Position numbers and translations under genes: made by a program. The notes under the pieces were generated by a model. It was given only the letters and a program-made list of their open reading frames with translations. It made no database searches and was not told the DNA's origin. From positions 64,713-128,712 of the forward strand of contig CAWIMJ010000025.1 in NCBI GenBank assembly GCA_963837175.1: a DNA stretch of 64,000 nucleotides, given 5' to 3'. Of this stretch, positions 10,916 through 21,328 are shown piece after piece (the stretch's first letter is position 1; every line of letters begins with the position of its first letter). This DNA comes from an uncultured Nitrososphaeraceae archaeon. Lineage in GTDB: Archaea; Thermoproteota; Nitrososphaeria; Nitrososphaerales; Nitrososphaeraceae.

Positions 10916-13015
10916 TTACAAAGCAATAATACCAATAAAGACCGGCACAAATACTATTGCTACTGTATTCAGTAACTTAATTACAGTATTTAGAGCGGGT
11001 CCTGCTGTATCCTTGTATGGATCACCAATCAGGTCTCCAACTACTGCCACTGCATGGGCTTCGGTCTTTTTCTTTCCCAATAGTTCAACATATTTTTTCG
11101 CATTGTCCCACGCACCTCCGCTGTTTGCAAGATGATATGCCAGAAATAATCCACTAACGACAGCGCCCATTAACACGCCTGCTACAGCAGTCGGTCCTAA
11201 CAGAATTCCTGTAATTATTGGTGCTGCTACGGTCACGAGTGCAGGCTTCCATAACTCGCGTAGACTAGCGCTAGTTGCGATGTCTACGCATCGTGCATAG
11301 TCAGGAGTTTCTTTTCCATCTAAAATACCAGGCTTTTCTTTAAATTGTCTTCTTATCTCATCGACCATTTTTGCTGCAGAGTTGCTTACACCTGTAATTA
11401 GCTGACTGGTTACAAAGAAAGGAATCAGCCCGCCAACCAATAGACCTATAATCAATCCTACATCGGATAAAGAGTACAAGAATTCTTTTGTCGGAAAGAT
11501 TTTGTCTGCTTCATGTTGAAAGGCCTGGATCATAGCTAATGCCGCTAGACCAGCACTGGCAATAGCAAATCCTTTTGTGATCGCCTTTGTAGTATTTCCA
11601 ACAGCGTCTATCTTATCAGTGATAATTCTGTTCTCTTCTCCCATACCCGTCATCTCAACTAATCCTCCAGCATTATCGCTGATAGGTCCGAATGCATCTA
11701 TGCATAATACGATGCCTGCTAAGCTAAGCATGGCTGTAGCAGCCATTGCAGTACCATAGATACCCATCAAGGGATCTCCAGTAACGCCAAAAACAATCCC
11801 ATATGAAGTACCCAATACTACCACGATAGCAAGCATAAATGGACCTGTAGATCTCATTCCCATTATTATTCCAGTCAAAACATTCGACGCGTATCCCCAC
11901 TTTATTGAATCTGCAATTTCTCTAACTGGCTTATACTTATAATTAGTAAAGTAATCGGTGATCCTCTGAATGACAGGAACCAATATTACACCTACAACAG
12001 TTGTAGCAAAGAGAGCGTAGGCTAAAATTGTATTTCCAAAGAACATAGTAGTCATAAAAAAGTTTAATACTATTGCTATAATGGCGCTGATTATGAAGGC
12101 TATATTTAGAGGTTTCATAGGATCATTAATTTTTCTTGAGGTAATAGTCATTGCTCCTATAATCGATGCAATGAGACCTGATGCTCCTATTATAATTGGA
12201 TAAAGAACTAGTGGATTCACTGAAATATTGACTATTGAAAGGTTAATATAAGAAAATGTTTCTCCTGCAAGATGTTTTAAGCTATCTGGAATAACCAATG
12301 CCCCCAAGAGCATTGCTCCAAGTAGAGTGACTATGAAGGATTCATAAATATCTGATCCCATTCCTGCTGCATCGCCGACGTTGTCGCCGACATTATCAGC
12401 TATTGTTGCTGGATTTCTTGGATCGTCTTCTGGAATTCCTTCCTCCACTTTTCCTACCAGGTCTGCTCCAAGGTCAGCTGCTTTAGTAAATATTCCACCA
12501 CCAGCTCTAATGAATAAGGCAATTAAGCTTGCTCCTATTCCTACTCCAGCTATCATCAATGGTTCAGGAAACACTAGGTAAAGAACCGTGATAACGATTA
12601 AGGCCATTGCGGGCACGGATAACCCTACTGTGGCTCCTCCTCTGAAGGCAGTGGCAAAAGCAGGGCCTAACCCACGAGAAGTAGCTTGAGCCGCCCTTAC
12701 AGCTGCTTTAACTGTAATCCTTAACGACAATAATCCCGAAAGACCTGACATCGCCGCTCCTACTGCAAAAGCTATTCCATTAGAAACTCCTGATGTGAAA
12801 CTAATTATTATTGTCAAGGCTATAGCGATTGGAATAACAATTTTAAATTCGCGTTTTAGAAAGGCCATCGCACCTGTTCTAACAGCAGATGATATACTCA
12901 TCATTCCATCTGTTCCTCTATGCTGTTTTCCAATCCATACAGCAAGAGCTCCTGCAGCAGCCATCGATGCTAATGATGCACCAAGTGGAATTACCTCTTT
13001 CAATGCAATTAACAC
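10916..13015 (-). CDS. hppA: Membrane-bound H+-translocating pyrophosphatase, K+-independent type
   Basis: GGIFTKAADLGADLVGKVE, EDDPRNPA, DNVGDNVGD, GNTTKA and GGAWDNAKK motifs. Confidence 0.95.
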   Translation of the reverse strand: MLIALKEVIPLGASLASMAAAGALAVWIGKQHRGTDGMMSISSAVRTGAMAFLKREFKIVIPIAIALTIIISFTSGVSNGIAFAVGAAMSGLSGLLSLRITVKAAVRAAQATSRGLGPAFATAFRGGATVGLSVPAMALIVITVLYLVFPEPLMIAGVGIGASLIALFIRAGGGIFTKAADLGADLVGKVEEGIPEDDPRNPATIADNVGDNVGDAAGMGSDIYESFIVTLLGAMLLGALVIPDSLKHLAGETFSYINLSIVNISVNPLVLYPIIIGASGLIASIIGAMTITSRKINDPMKPLNIAFIISAIIAIVLNFFMTTMFFGNTILAYALFATTVVGVILVPVIQRITDYFTNYKYKPVREIADSIKWGYASNVLTGIIMGMRSTGPFMLAIVVVLGTSYGIVFGVTGDPLMGIYGTAMAATAMLSLAGIVLCIDAFGPISDNAGGLVEMTGMGEENRIITDKIDAVGNTTKAITKGFAIASAGLAALAMIQAFQHEADKIFPTKEFLYSLSDVGLIIGLLVGGLIPFFVTSQLITGVSNSAAKMVDEIRRQFKEKPGILDGKETPDYARCVDIATSASLRELWKPALVTVAAPIITGILLGPTAVAGVLMGAVVSGLFLAYHLANSGGAWDNAKKYVELLGKKKTEAHAVAVVGDLIGDPYKDTAGPALNTVIKLLNTVAIVFVPVFIGIIAL

Positions 13016-13623
13016 GAGTTATTATGAGAATATATATACGTACTGAGTAGTCAGCAATTAAAAATAGTATAAATTATAATGCTAGTTATCTGCGGCGGTT
13101 TTTTGTAATAGAATGTCTTTTTACTTATGAAATTGTTATTATTAGAATATTATATTATAATATTAAATTACATAAAGGACTATTAATAATTGTTAATTAA
13201 TTTCGCTCTTGAAATACTAAAAACTGGTTTAAAAAGGAAATAGAATCGTACTTATGAAATAGATACAGAAACGAGGATTTTTTGGCTAAAGATAGATAGT
13301 GGTATCTGTTGATAATATTGGTAATCTCCACATATACAGTAGTTCAATTGTTAGTCAAGATACTAGTCCTATGCTAGACTTTTGATAGGATGAAGAAGTC
13401 TGATATAAAAATCGCTGCTCCGATATCAAAAATTATGACCTTTTTTGTCATATTTAGAGTGACAGCCTTCGGGGTCTATTCATACTGATATACAGCGGTT
13501 CTCATAAGATTACAAGGAAATTAGGATGATGACATATTAATTTAGGTAATAAGAGAGCTGAAGGATTTTCAAACAAAAAGATATCTAATGAAATAGATAG
13601 ATACAAACCATTAGCTGAAAACC

Positions 13624-14871
13624 TCAAAGCGCCTTGAATTGATCACTCCATTTCATATATGCTCTAATCATCTCTGAGGTAACGCTTGGTTTTCTTATTT
13701 TGAAAATTTCCTTAAAGTCACTTGCAATAATCGCTCTTGGAATTTGCTCTACATCCATAGCCTTGCCACTTTCAAATAATTCATTTACTACTCTTAGCTG
13801 GGCTGATTGGCAGATATCTTTGATATCACTTGCACTGTATCCTTCCGTAAACTTTGCAAGTTCTTCATTTTTTAACGTCTTTTCTTTTTTTAATGGTGTT
13901 GTATACTGATTAAATAGATTTATTCTTGAAGCAATGTCGGGAAGTGTAACATAAATTCTTTTTTGAAATCTCCTAAGAAAACCCGCTTCTAAACTCCACG
14001 GTTTATTAGTTGCTCCTATAACGTATAGTTGTGTTTCTTTTGACTTTCCATTGATTCCGTCCATTTCGGTCAGGAACTGGTTTTTTACCCTAACTTCACC
14101 TCCAACTTCACTATTTCTAGTTCCCAATAGCGAATCGATTTCATCAATAAAGAGAAGAACGGGAATATTTTCATTTTCATTTAGTTTTCGAGCCATTGAG
14201 AATAATTTTGATACATTTTTTTCTGCTTCGCCCAGCCATTTACTCATCATTGAAGCTGCATCAACGTTGATAAAGTATCCATCTATCTCGGCAGCAGCAG
14301 CTGCAGCTAATAATGTCTTACCGCATCCAGGGGGACCATATAATAATATTCCCCTTGGCCAACCTAAAGGGAATAAATCAGCTCTCTTAGTTGGGTATAC
14401 AATGGATTCTCTCATCGCACGTTTTGCATCTTCCAGACCAATAACCTCATTCCAAGAAACGTCTGGTTTTTCTTTCATTACAAGATCATCAAAGTCAGCA
14501 TTTAGACTCTCCGCACTTTTGGTTTGTTTTAGTCTATCCCTCTGCATATCCGTCTTGCCGTTACCATTTGTTGGATGGAATTTTTCATTAGTATGATTAA
14601 CAGTGGAGGTCTTTTCATCATCAAGACCATGAGACATTTGTAATGATTTAATTCTATTTTGATAGGCACTAGCCCTTTCCATATATATCTTGTTTAATTT
14701 GTATTCAGGGTAGATCTCAATTAATTTAACAAGAGCCTCAATAGCCCGTTGATACGATTGGACAGCCATGCCTCGCGAACCTTGGGAATCTAATCTGATT
14801 GCCTCGGCGGCATATTTACTAGCACTATTTTCTAATTCTTGTGGAGCCAGACTCATATGTTTACCGTCCAA
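13624..14871 (-). CDS. cdvC: Vps4-like AAA ATPase (MIT + AAA), cell division protein CdvC
   Basis: N-terminal MIT helices, GPPGCGKT, FIDEIDS, SKWLGEAEK and ATNKPW motifs. Confidence 0.92.
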   Translation of the reverse strand: MDGKHMSLAPQELENSASKYAAEAIRLDSQGSRGMAVQSYQRAIEALVKLIEIYPEYKLNKIYMERASAYQNRIKSLQMSHGLDDEKTSTVNHTNEKFHPTNGNGKTDMQRDRLKQTKSAESLNADFDDLVMKEKPDVSWNEVIGLEDAKRAMRESIVYPTKRADLFPLGWPRGILLYGPPGCGKTLLAAAAAAEIDGYFINVDAASMMSKWLGEAEKNVSKLFSMARKLNENENIPVLLFIDEIDSLLGTRNSEVGGEVRVKNQFLTEMDGINGKSKETQLYVIGATNKPWSLEAGFLRRFQKRIYVTLPDIASRINLFNQYTTPLKKEKTLKNEELAKFTEGYSASDIKDICQSAQLRVVNELFESGKAMDVEQIPRAIIASDFKEIFKIRKPSVTSEMIRAYMKWSDQFKAL

Positions 14872-15335
14872 ATGGATTCTGATTCAGCTTTGAATTACTA
14901 TGTTGTAAATCTATATTGCGTAAAAAACAAAATAGTTTGCACCAACTACTAATCTGCACTTTTCAAATCCTATAGGATCATTTCTTCAATTGCTTTTAAT
15001 ATTATTATCTTCTTACATATCTTCTATTGGTATATACGATAAATTCAAATCTCATATTATAAGTTGAATTAGCTTAGATATTTAAAATCTTGTCGTGAAT
15101 AAATTATATATTTTTTGTCAAAAGAAAAAGATCTTCATTCATTTTCATTTAGATACTATTCAGAGTAATAATTCATTTGTAGTATGGGTATAATTTTCGA
15201 TGGATAGCTCATATGACTGTAATTGGGACTTGATAAAAATGGAGATAATAAAATGTTAGAAAACACATGTCATTGTGTATCTAAGAACGTGGCCACAATA
15301 GGGGCCTATGATACTGATATTGATCACATATTATA

Positions 15336-15932
15336 TCAATAAATATATTTTTTAATATTTTGTTCTGCCATTAAAGATGCCTCATTTAGCAAATGTACAG
15401 CCTCCTCATTAGCTGTTCCAAAGTTTATCGTATACGCCCCTACCTGACCTGCGTCTAGTAGAATGCATCCCAATAATTCAGAAATATTTCCTAATTTGTC
15501 CTCTGATTCAGGTAAGCTTGGATTAAGTGACGCTCTAATGTTTTTCACAACTGCCATAGCCGGTGCCAGTACAATGACTATATCTTCAAAATTAGATATT
15601 CTTAGTAATTTATTTTTTAATATCTCAAAGGCTATTTTTGATAAGAGTAATATTTGTATGATTCTTCTTCTCGAATGTACAATATCCACTGAAGGTATCA
15701 TAGAATATTGAGAATCGTTTTCCTTTATTGACAGCACCTTACCGGTTAACATCTTATCATCAATTAATTTCAGATCTTGTAGGATATGATCCCATTCTAC
15801 TATTTGAACATCTATTTTACATACCAAAGAGTCAACCCTAGGTTTTATGGATACGCCCCGAGATATTGAATTAGATCTTCTAGGACTTTGCAGATTGCAC
15901 TCTGCTTTTGCCCATTCTGATGTAAATTGTAT
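15336..15932 (-). CDS. Divergent ESCRT-III/Snf7 (CdvB-like) protein, possibly decaying
   Basis: F.SEWAK..., IKPRV, LAPAMAVVKNIRASL...LPE and EEA..LLNEAS..AEQ match the CdvB pattern; lies upstream of cdvC. The frame extends 35 codons above the TTG at 15827 to an ATA preceded by GGTGA. Confidence 0.65.
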   Translation of the reverse strand: MQFTSEWAKAECNLQSPRRSNSISRGVSIKPRVDSLVCKIDVQIVEWDHILQDLKLIDDKMLTGKVLSIKENDSQYSMIPSVDIVHSRRRIIQILLLSKIAFEILKNKLLRISNFEDIVIVLAPAMAVVKNIRASLNPSLPESEDKLGNISELLGCILLDAGQVGAYTINFGTANEEAVHLLNEASLMAEQNIKKYIY

Positions 15933-16110
15933 GTTATTTTCACCTGCGCTTTATAATCTGCTTACAGATTAATATTAAATAGAGACGTTATGATTTTGTA
16001 ACCACAGTGACATAGCTTTATTGTAACAGCTTAGCATTTTTTTTAGTTTTGATACAATCTAATTGACTAATACATTTACTTTGGTAATATGTTAGTCTTC
16101 AATACTTTCT

Positions 16111-17334
16111 ATGCAATATAGAAATAATAATAGTAACAATAATAGTAACGATCTTGTTGGAAGTTTAGAGGAGTTCGGTTTATCAAAATATGAAGCAAGG
16201 GCTTACCTCACAATGATCGGTAGGGGTTCGCTTGCTGCAAGTGAAATAGCATACTATGCAAATTTGCCCCGTACAAAAGTTTACCCAACGCTTAAGAAGC
16301 TTGAGAAAAAGAGGCTTTCAGTAATCTCTCAAAAAAAGCCAGTGATAAGTAGTGCAATACCTCCAAACGACGCTTTCGGAGAAATAGTCGAACTTCATGA
16401 ACGACGCGTAAAAAATATGAAGAAAATTGTATATAAGTTGCAGAAAATAAGTGAGGTAGGTCATAGGCCGAGAGGTTCTGAAGAAAAAAGATACTTCGTA
16501 CTTGATCCCAATCTTGCGGTTGAAAAGATCGGGAATCTTATTAGCAGTTCTAGATCTTCAATAAATGCTATTCTTGATGTATGGGGACTAAGGCTAATTT
16601 CGGAATGTAAATCATCTATTATAAGAGCAATTACAAACGGGGTAAAAATCAGGTTGCTTTTACCAAGTCAGTGCATTGGAAATGAAAATCTGTCTTCATT
16701 GCCTACAGAAATTGATTTGAGAATTGGCGATTTACCTTATAACATAATAATAATAGATTCTAACAACATGATATCAATAGACAGCACCAACGGGAAAGCG
16801 GCAGTATTTTCTTCCATCGATGTTTTTGGAATATCATATATTAGAACCTTTGAAAATGAATGGAATAATGCAATGCAGGTTAACCACATAATCGACACAG
16901 ACCCCAGTATTGCAGCGATAGCAATCCAGCTAGCAAAATTAATTGAAAAGGGATTATCCATGTGTATATTAGACCATACAATAAATCCAGAGGCTGATTT
17001 CGGTACTCATATTATCAGATCGATCGAAAATTCAGGAATAAAGATATTTGAGATAAATATTAACGAACTATTCAATATCATTGATTCTGCATTAAAAATC
17101 AGTTATTCAGGCAACTTAAAACATGACAAAACCAACAATGTAATTAGCATTCACTCAAAAACTGATAGCAAATCAGTTTTACCATGGGCATTATTACTTA
17201 CTTCATATTTCAAATACATCGGCTATGAGTCTAAGATAATGCAAAATTCTAACCAAATTACAAGCACTGAAACCATTCATCTTAAGCTTTCAAAACCTAT
17301 TCCTGAACTGAATCAAAAGGTTTCATCGCATTAG
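16111..17334 (+). CDS. TrmB family transcriptional regulator
   Basis: LEEFGLSKYEARAY...LPRTKVYPTLKKLEKK wHTH followed by an effector-binding domain. Confidence 0.88.
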   Translation: MQYRNNNSNNNSNDLVGSLEEFGLSKYEARAYLTMIGRGSLAASEIAYYANLPRTKVYPTLKKLEKKRLSVISQKKPVISSAIPPNDAFGEIVELHERRVKNMKKIVYKLQKISEVGHRPRGSEEKRYFVLDPNLAVEKIGNLISSSRSSINAILDVWGLRLISECKSSIIRAITNGVKIRLLLPSQCIGNENLSSLPTEIDLRIGDLPYNIIIIDSNNMISIDSTNGKAAVFSSIDVFGISYIRTFENEWNNAMQVNHIIDTDPSIAAIAIQLAKLIEKGLSMCILDHTINPEADFGTHIIRSIENSGIKIFEININELFNIIDSALKISYSGNLKHDKTNNVISIHSKTDSKSVLPWALLLTSYFKYIGYESKIMQNSNQITSTETIHLKLSKPIPELNQKVSSH

Positions 17335-18163
17335 GCAAACGATCTAGCAAATCTGTCGCTACCATATGTAAACCCACTTTATCATATGCCAGATTGCCTG
17401 CTACTCCATTGAAATAAACACCCAAAATTGATGCTTCATATGATTTCATTTTTGTTAATATACCCGCTGTCAAGCCAGATAATATGTCCCCTGTTCCTCC
17501 TACAGTCATTGCACAATTATGGATCTTGTTTATAGCAATTCGATCTCCATCTGAAATTATATCTGTTTTTCCTTTGAGTAAAATAGTAATATTGTATTCT
17601 TTCGCATGCTTGTAAACATTAGATATTTTTTCTTTTTCATCTATGCCTGCATCTTCTCCAAAGATTCGTTTGTATTCTCCTGCATGTGGAGTAATGATTG
17701 TGTCAGTTCCACATATTTCTTTGAGAACAGTGGGAAATATAGACGAAGCATCTAGTAGTAACCTTGTACCATTGGTTTTCAGATCCTTAATCATCGAATG
17801 TAATGCCTCTGGCCGTGCTATAGTCATCCCCATGCCAATAGCAGCTGCATGAGGTTTTTTTGGAATCATTGCAAGCAGTCGGTTAGCCGAACCCATAGTT
17901 AATTTATCATCCGACATTGGGAATGCTATTATATTTGGAGAAAAGGATCTGACTGCTACAATGTTGGATCTGGGAACAGCCGTGTAAACAATATCTGTCC
18001 CGGATCTAAGGGCAGCCATAGAAGATAGAATAGCTGCGCCATGGTAAAACTTGTTTCCTCCTACCACTAGCACGATACCATTATCACCTTTTTTGGACGA
18101 GACTAGACGAGGAACGATAAGTTCTTTAACAAGTTTGCTAGTTACTGTAACCGCTTCTGGCAA
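17297..18163 (-). CDS. nnrD: ADP/ATP-dependent NAD(P)H-hydrate dehydratase (YjeF C-terminal)
   Basis: KGDNG.VLVVGG...YHGA, ITPHAGE, LLKG and GGTGDILSG motifs. Confidence 0.92.
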   Translation of the reverse strand: MPEAVTVTSKLVKELIVPRLVSSKKGDNGIVLVVGGNKFYHGAAILSSMAALRSGTDIVYTAVPRSNIVAVRSFSPNIIAFPMSDDKLTMGSANRLLAMIPKKPHAAAIGMGMTIARPEALHSMIKDLKTNGTRLLLDASSIFPTVLKEICGTDTIITPHAGEYKRIFGEDAGIDEKEKISNVYKHAKEYNITILLKGKTDIISDGDRIAINKIHNCAMTVGGTGDILSGLTAGILTKMKSYEASILGVYFNGVAGNLAYDKVGLHMVATDLLDRLPNAMKPFDSVQE

Positions 18164-18772
18164 TTCAATTCATAAGATATTGTAATGACGAATAAACTTT
18201 GTCAATGTGGCAATGAGAGAAACAGATAAAAATTTAGGTATATAACAAAATATATAGATATATGCAATCTTCAATGTTCTCTTTTATAGCAATGCATGAT
18301 CATACTTTTATAAAGAAAAAAGTGGTCAATTAAAGCCAATAATACAAGGCTCGAAACTACGCTATTATAATTTGTTTAACCCTTGTAGATCATTGGTTGG
18401 CATTTGTCAGATTACCGTTTCCTTATTACAATAGATTCCAATCGAGTCTATATAAATAGAATATAGATTATATGAATTCATGTACCAGCGAGCCAAAAGA
18501 CGTGTGAAACAAAATTGACACGATAATTATACCGACGATTGAAAATCTTTCAGTCAATAATGACTTGGCTTTTATTTTATCACATTCATATTTTCTTTTT
18601 TAATATTAGCAATAATAATTTCTTTCCATTACTATTATTATCATCAAATGCAAAATCCTAATTTAGTTTGCTATCCTCATTCGTAAAGTCGTTTTACTAT
18701 TATTGCTATCAATATTGTTGATCTAAAGATATGATGCGAGTTTTAAATAACACACACTAGTAGGATATATGT

Positions 18773-19720
18773 ATGCCTCTAAAGGATGATAAAATGAATC
18801 ATACTAAAATAATAAACAAAAGAATTATCCTAATTATCATTGCATTATCCTTATCTGAACTAATTGTTCTTGCAGCAGCATTAGCACCTAATATTACTTC
18901 TGCGCAATCAATTCCAGTTGTCATTCTACCTCCAAGAAACAATAGTAATTCTATCTCATCGAATCAAGGGATTGCATTTCCTGGGCCCTTTCCTGCACAA
19001 TTCGGACCACCACCATCTTCCGAGCTAACTGCAACTGAAATCAGTTCGTCAACAAACAAGAAATGCACATTAACACCATCATTAATCGAAGAAGGAACAC
19101 CGCAACAAATTGAAGGCCCGTACTTTGTCGATGGGATGCCCAATCGTTCTGACATCAGGTCAGATCCCTCAGATGGTTCAGTGCAAGAAGGCTTTCCATT
19201 GCTTCTTATTCTTCACGTCTATGACGTAGATAATGGTTCATGCGTTCCTCTTAGTGGAGCACAAGTAGACATCTGGCATGCCAATTCTCAGGGCGTCTAT
19301 TCAGGCGTTCAGGATGCTGGTACTATGGGAAAGAAGTTCCTTCGTGGATATCAAGTGACAGACGATAATGGGAGTGTTGGATTTACTACGATTTATCCAG
19401 GCTGGTATCAGGGAAGAGCCATTCACATACACGTTAAGGTACGCAATTTTGAAGGATTAGAGAAAACTTTGAAGTGGACATCGCAGTTTTACCTTAACGA
19501 TTCTATCAACGAGCAGATACACAAGCAACCTCCATACAGTGACCACGGACCTCCCGACATAACGAATGAAGAGGATGGGATTTACAGAGGAGCCTCAACA
19601 GATGGATTGGTACAAAGCAATACTGGAGAGAATCTGATGCTCAATTTGACTAAAGACCCTGAGCAATCCTCCTACCTGGGAACATTCAATATTGTGCTAA
19701 AATCAGGTCAATATGGGTAG
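18773..19720 (+). CDS. Secreted or membrane-anchored intradiol ring-cleavage dioxygenase-like protein
   Basis: EGPYF, VDIWHANSQGVYS, FTTIYPGWYQGRAIHIH (Tyr/Tyr/His/His Fe ligands); N-terminal hydrophobic signal. Confidence 0.88.
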   Translation: MPLKDDKMNHTKIINKRIILIIIALSLSELIVLAAALAPNITSAQSIPVVILPPRNNSNSISSNQGIAFPGPFPAQFGPPPSSELTATEISSSTNKKCTLTPSLIEEGTPQQIEGPYFVDGMPNRSDIRSDPSDGSVQEGFPLLLILHVYDVDNGSCVPLSGAQVDIWHANSQGVYSGVQDAGTMGKKFLRGYQVTDDNGSVGFTTIYPGWYQGRAIHIHVKVRNFEGLEKTLKWTSQFYLNDSINEQIHKQPPYSDHGPPDITNEEDGIYRGASTDGLVQSNTGENLMLNLTKDPEQSSYLGTFNIVLKSGQYG

Positions 19721-19733
19721 TAATGCGTACGTC

Positions 19734-19943
19734 TTATACGAGATTCATCAACATAACGAAATTGCTGACTATCAGTACACATTGCCCAAAATTCAAATTA
19801 ATATGATTGTTGTTACGACCATGACAATGCATTGACATTTCATCTTCCTTCTTACAGCTGCCACATATGTGCTGAATAACCTCCTTGCAATCCGAACAGT
19901 ATTTGAATGCAATCATCTCCTCCCCACAGGCTCTACACAACAT
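19734..19943 (-). CDS. Small zinc-finger protein
   Basis: Three CxxC motifs (CRAC, CSDC, CGSC) plus HCH. Confidence 0.55.
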   Translation of the reverse strand: MLCRACGEEMIAFKYCSDCKEVIQHICGSCKKEDEMSMHCHGRNNNHINLNFGQCVLIVSNFVMLMNLV

Positions 19944-21328
19944 AATTTGTGTATCGACTTTATCGCTTTTAAGTGATAAGTATCATAATACATCCTTTGA
20001 GTAGCATTTCTAAGTATTGTATATATGGAAAACACATCTAATACAGACAGGTGCTATTCTAGAAGAAAGTGACAATATGTTCTAATGATCTTGTTTTTGT
20101 CAGTTAGTATTCCATACATAACCCTAAATTATACATTCAACCGTAACTGCCTTTATGGCTAGAATAAACTGCAGGCATACAAAAAATCTGATAAACAAAC
20201 ACACAGCAGATATTGCATTGTAATATCTCAGTTCGCCTTTTTAATACCCAATTATACTCTTTATATTAGTATTTATTGCCTAATGATGACAAGAACTAAG
20301 CCAAGGAGCAGTTTGTAGAATTAGGAGTTTTTAGAGTTTCGGACCCACAATACTTACTAATGCAATTATCCTGATACAGGTATTAGCAAATCTAGTAGCG
20401 ATGACCATGCTGCTACGACAGCCTCATCAGCAATGACTAGCTTTGGTATCCCGTTAATTGGTAAAATGCCAGCTGGATTTTCAATTGAATCTATGAAAGC
20501 ATAATAAACTAAGTCCTATTGAATAGATTTTGGTGTAGTATCCACTAAATACATTATCGAAGAGGTTCGAAGATAACATTTTCATAAGACATTCTTATTC
20601 GCTTGTTCTGTTGATGAAACGAGCCTTTCAGAAGATCCTATTATTCCAATTATATTTACATTCACTGACAAATAATACTAGCCGTTAATAAAACCCATAA
20701 TAATTAAATGGAGATTAACGATGTGTTTTCGTTTATATTAGCATAGACATATTTGTCTCATGTATCGCATTGTGTTTCCTTCAGAATGGAATGTGTGCCT
20801 TGTTCCCGGCTACAAACAACCTTATTTGAAGGTCTGCTATCGCAGTGCGATACATTTCATTTTACTATTCATTTCAGGAAAAGACAAGAAAATACATTCA
20901 ATTGATAAACAGTACCTCTAGAGATGCATCAAGGTATAAGCCGTATGTATATTTTATATTTCCTTTCTTGTACTATATTATGCGTGCAGATGAATCATCG
21001 AAGAAAATAGCTTGCTTATTCTTTCTTCCTAGCTATGAAATTTCTCTCCTAACTATACCATGTTAGAATTGATGCATACATACGCTGCTATCGAAAGTGA
21101 CCCTAACCAATCTATAACAATATGTCTTACTGAAGGAGTAATTCATAAGATTATTGATAGTTGTTATTCATATAATAGAGATTACATGGCTTCCTAGGTC
21201 TTGTCATCATCATATAATCTTCATTTATCATCAGAGAATCAACGAATATTATTTCCTAGTCAAGATTCAATCAAATATATTTCCTTGAAAGTCGAAACAT
21301 GTGAATTATCGTCGTTACTATCTTGTGA

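Noticed and set aside
14051-14596. 181-aa plus-strand ORF and the many similar 60-140 aa ORFs opposite real genes
   Set aside because: Antisense shadows of well-supported CDSs with no motifs of their own.
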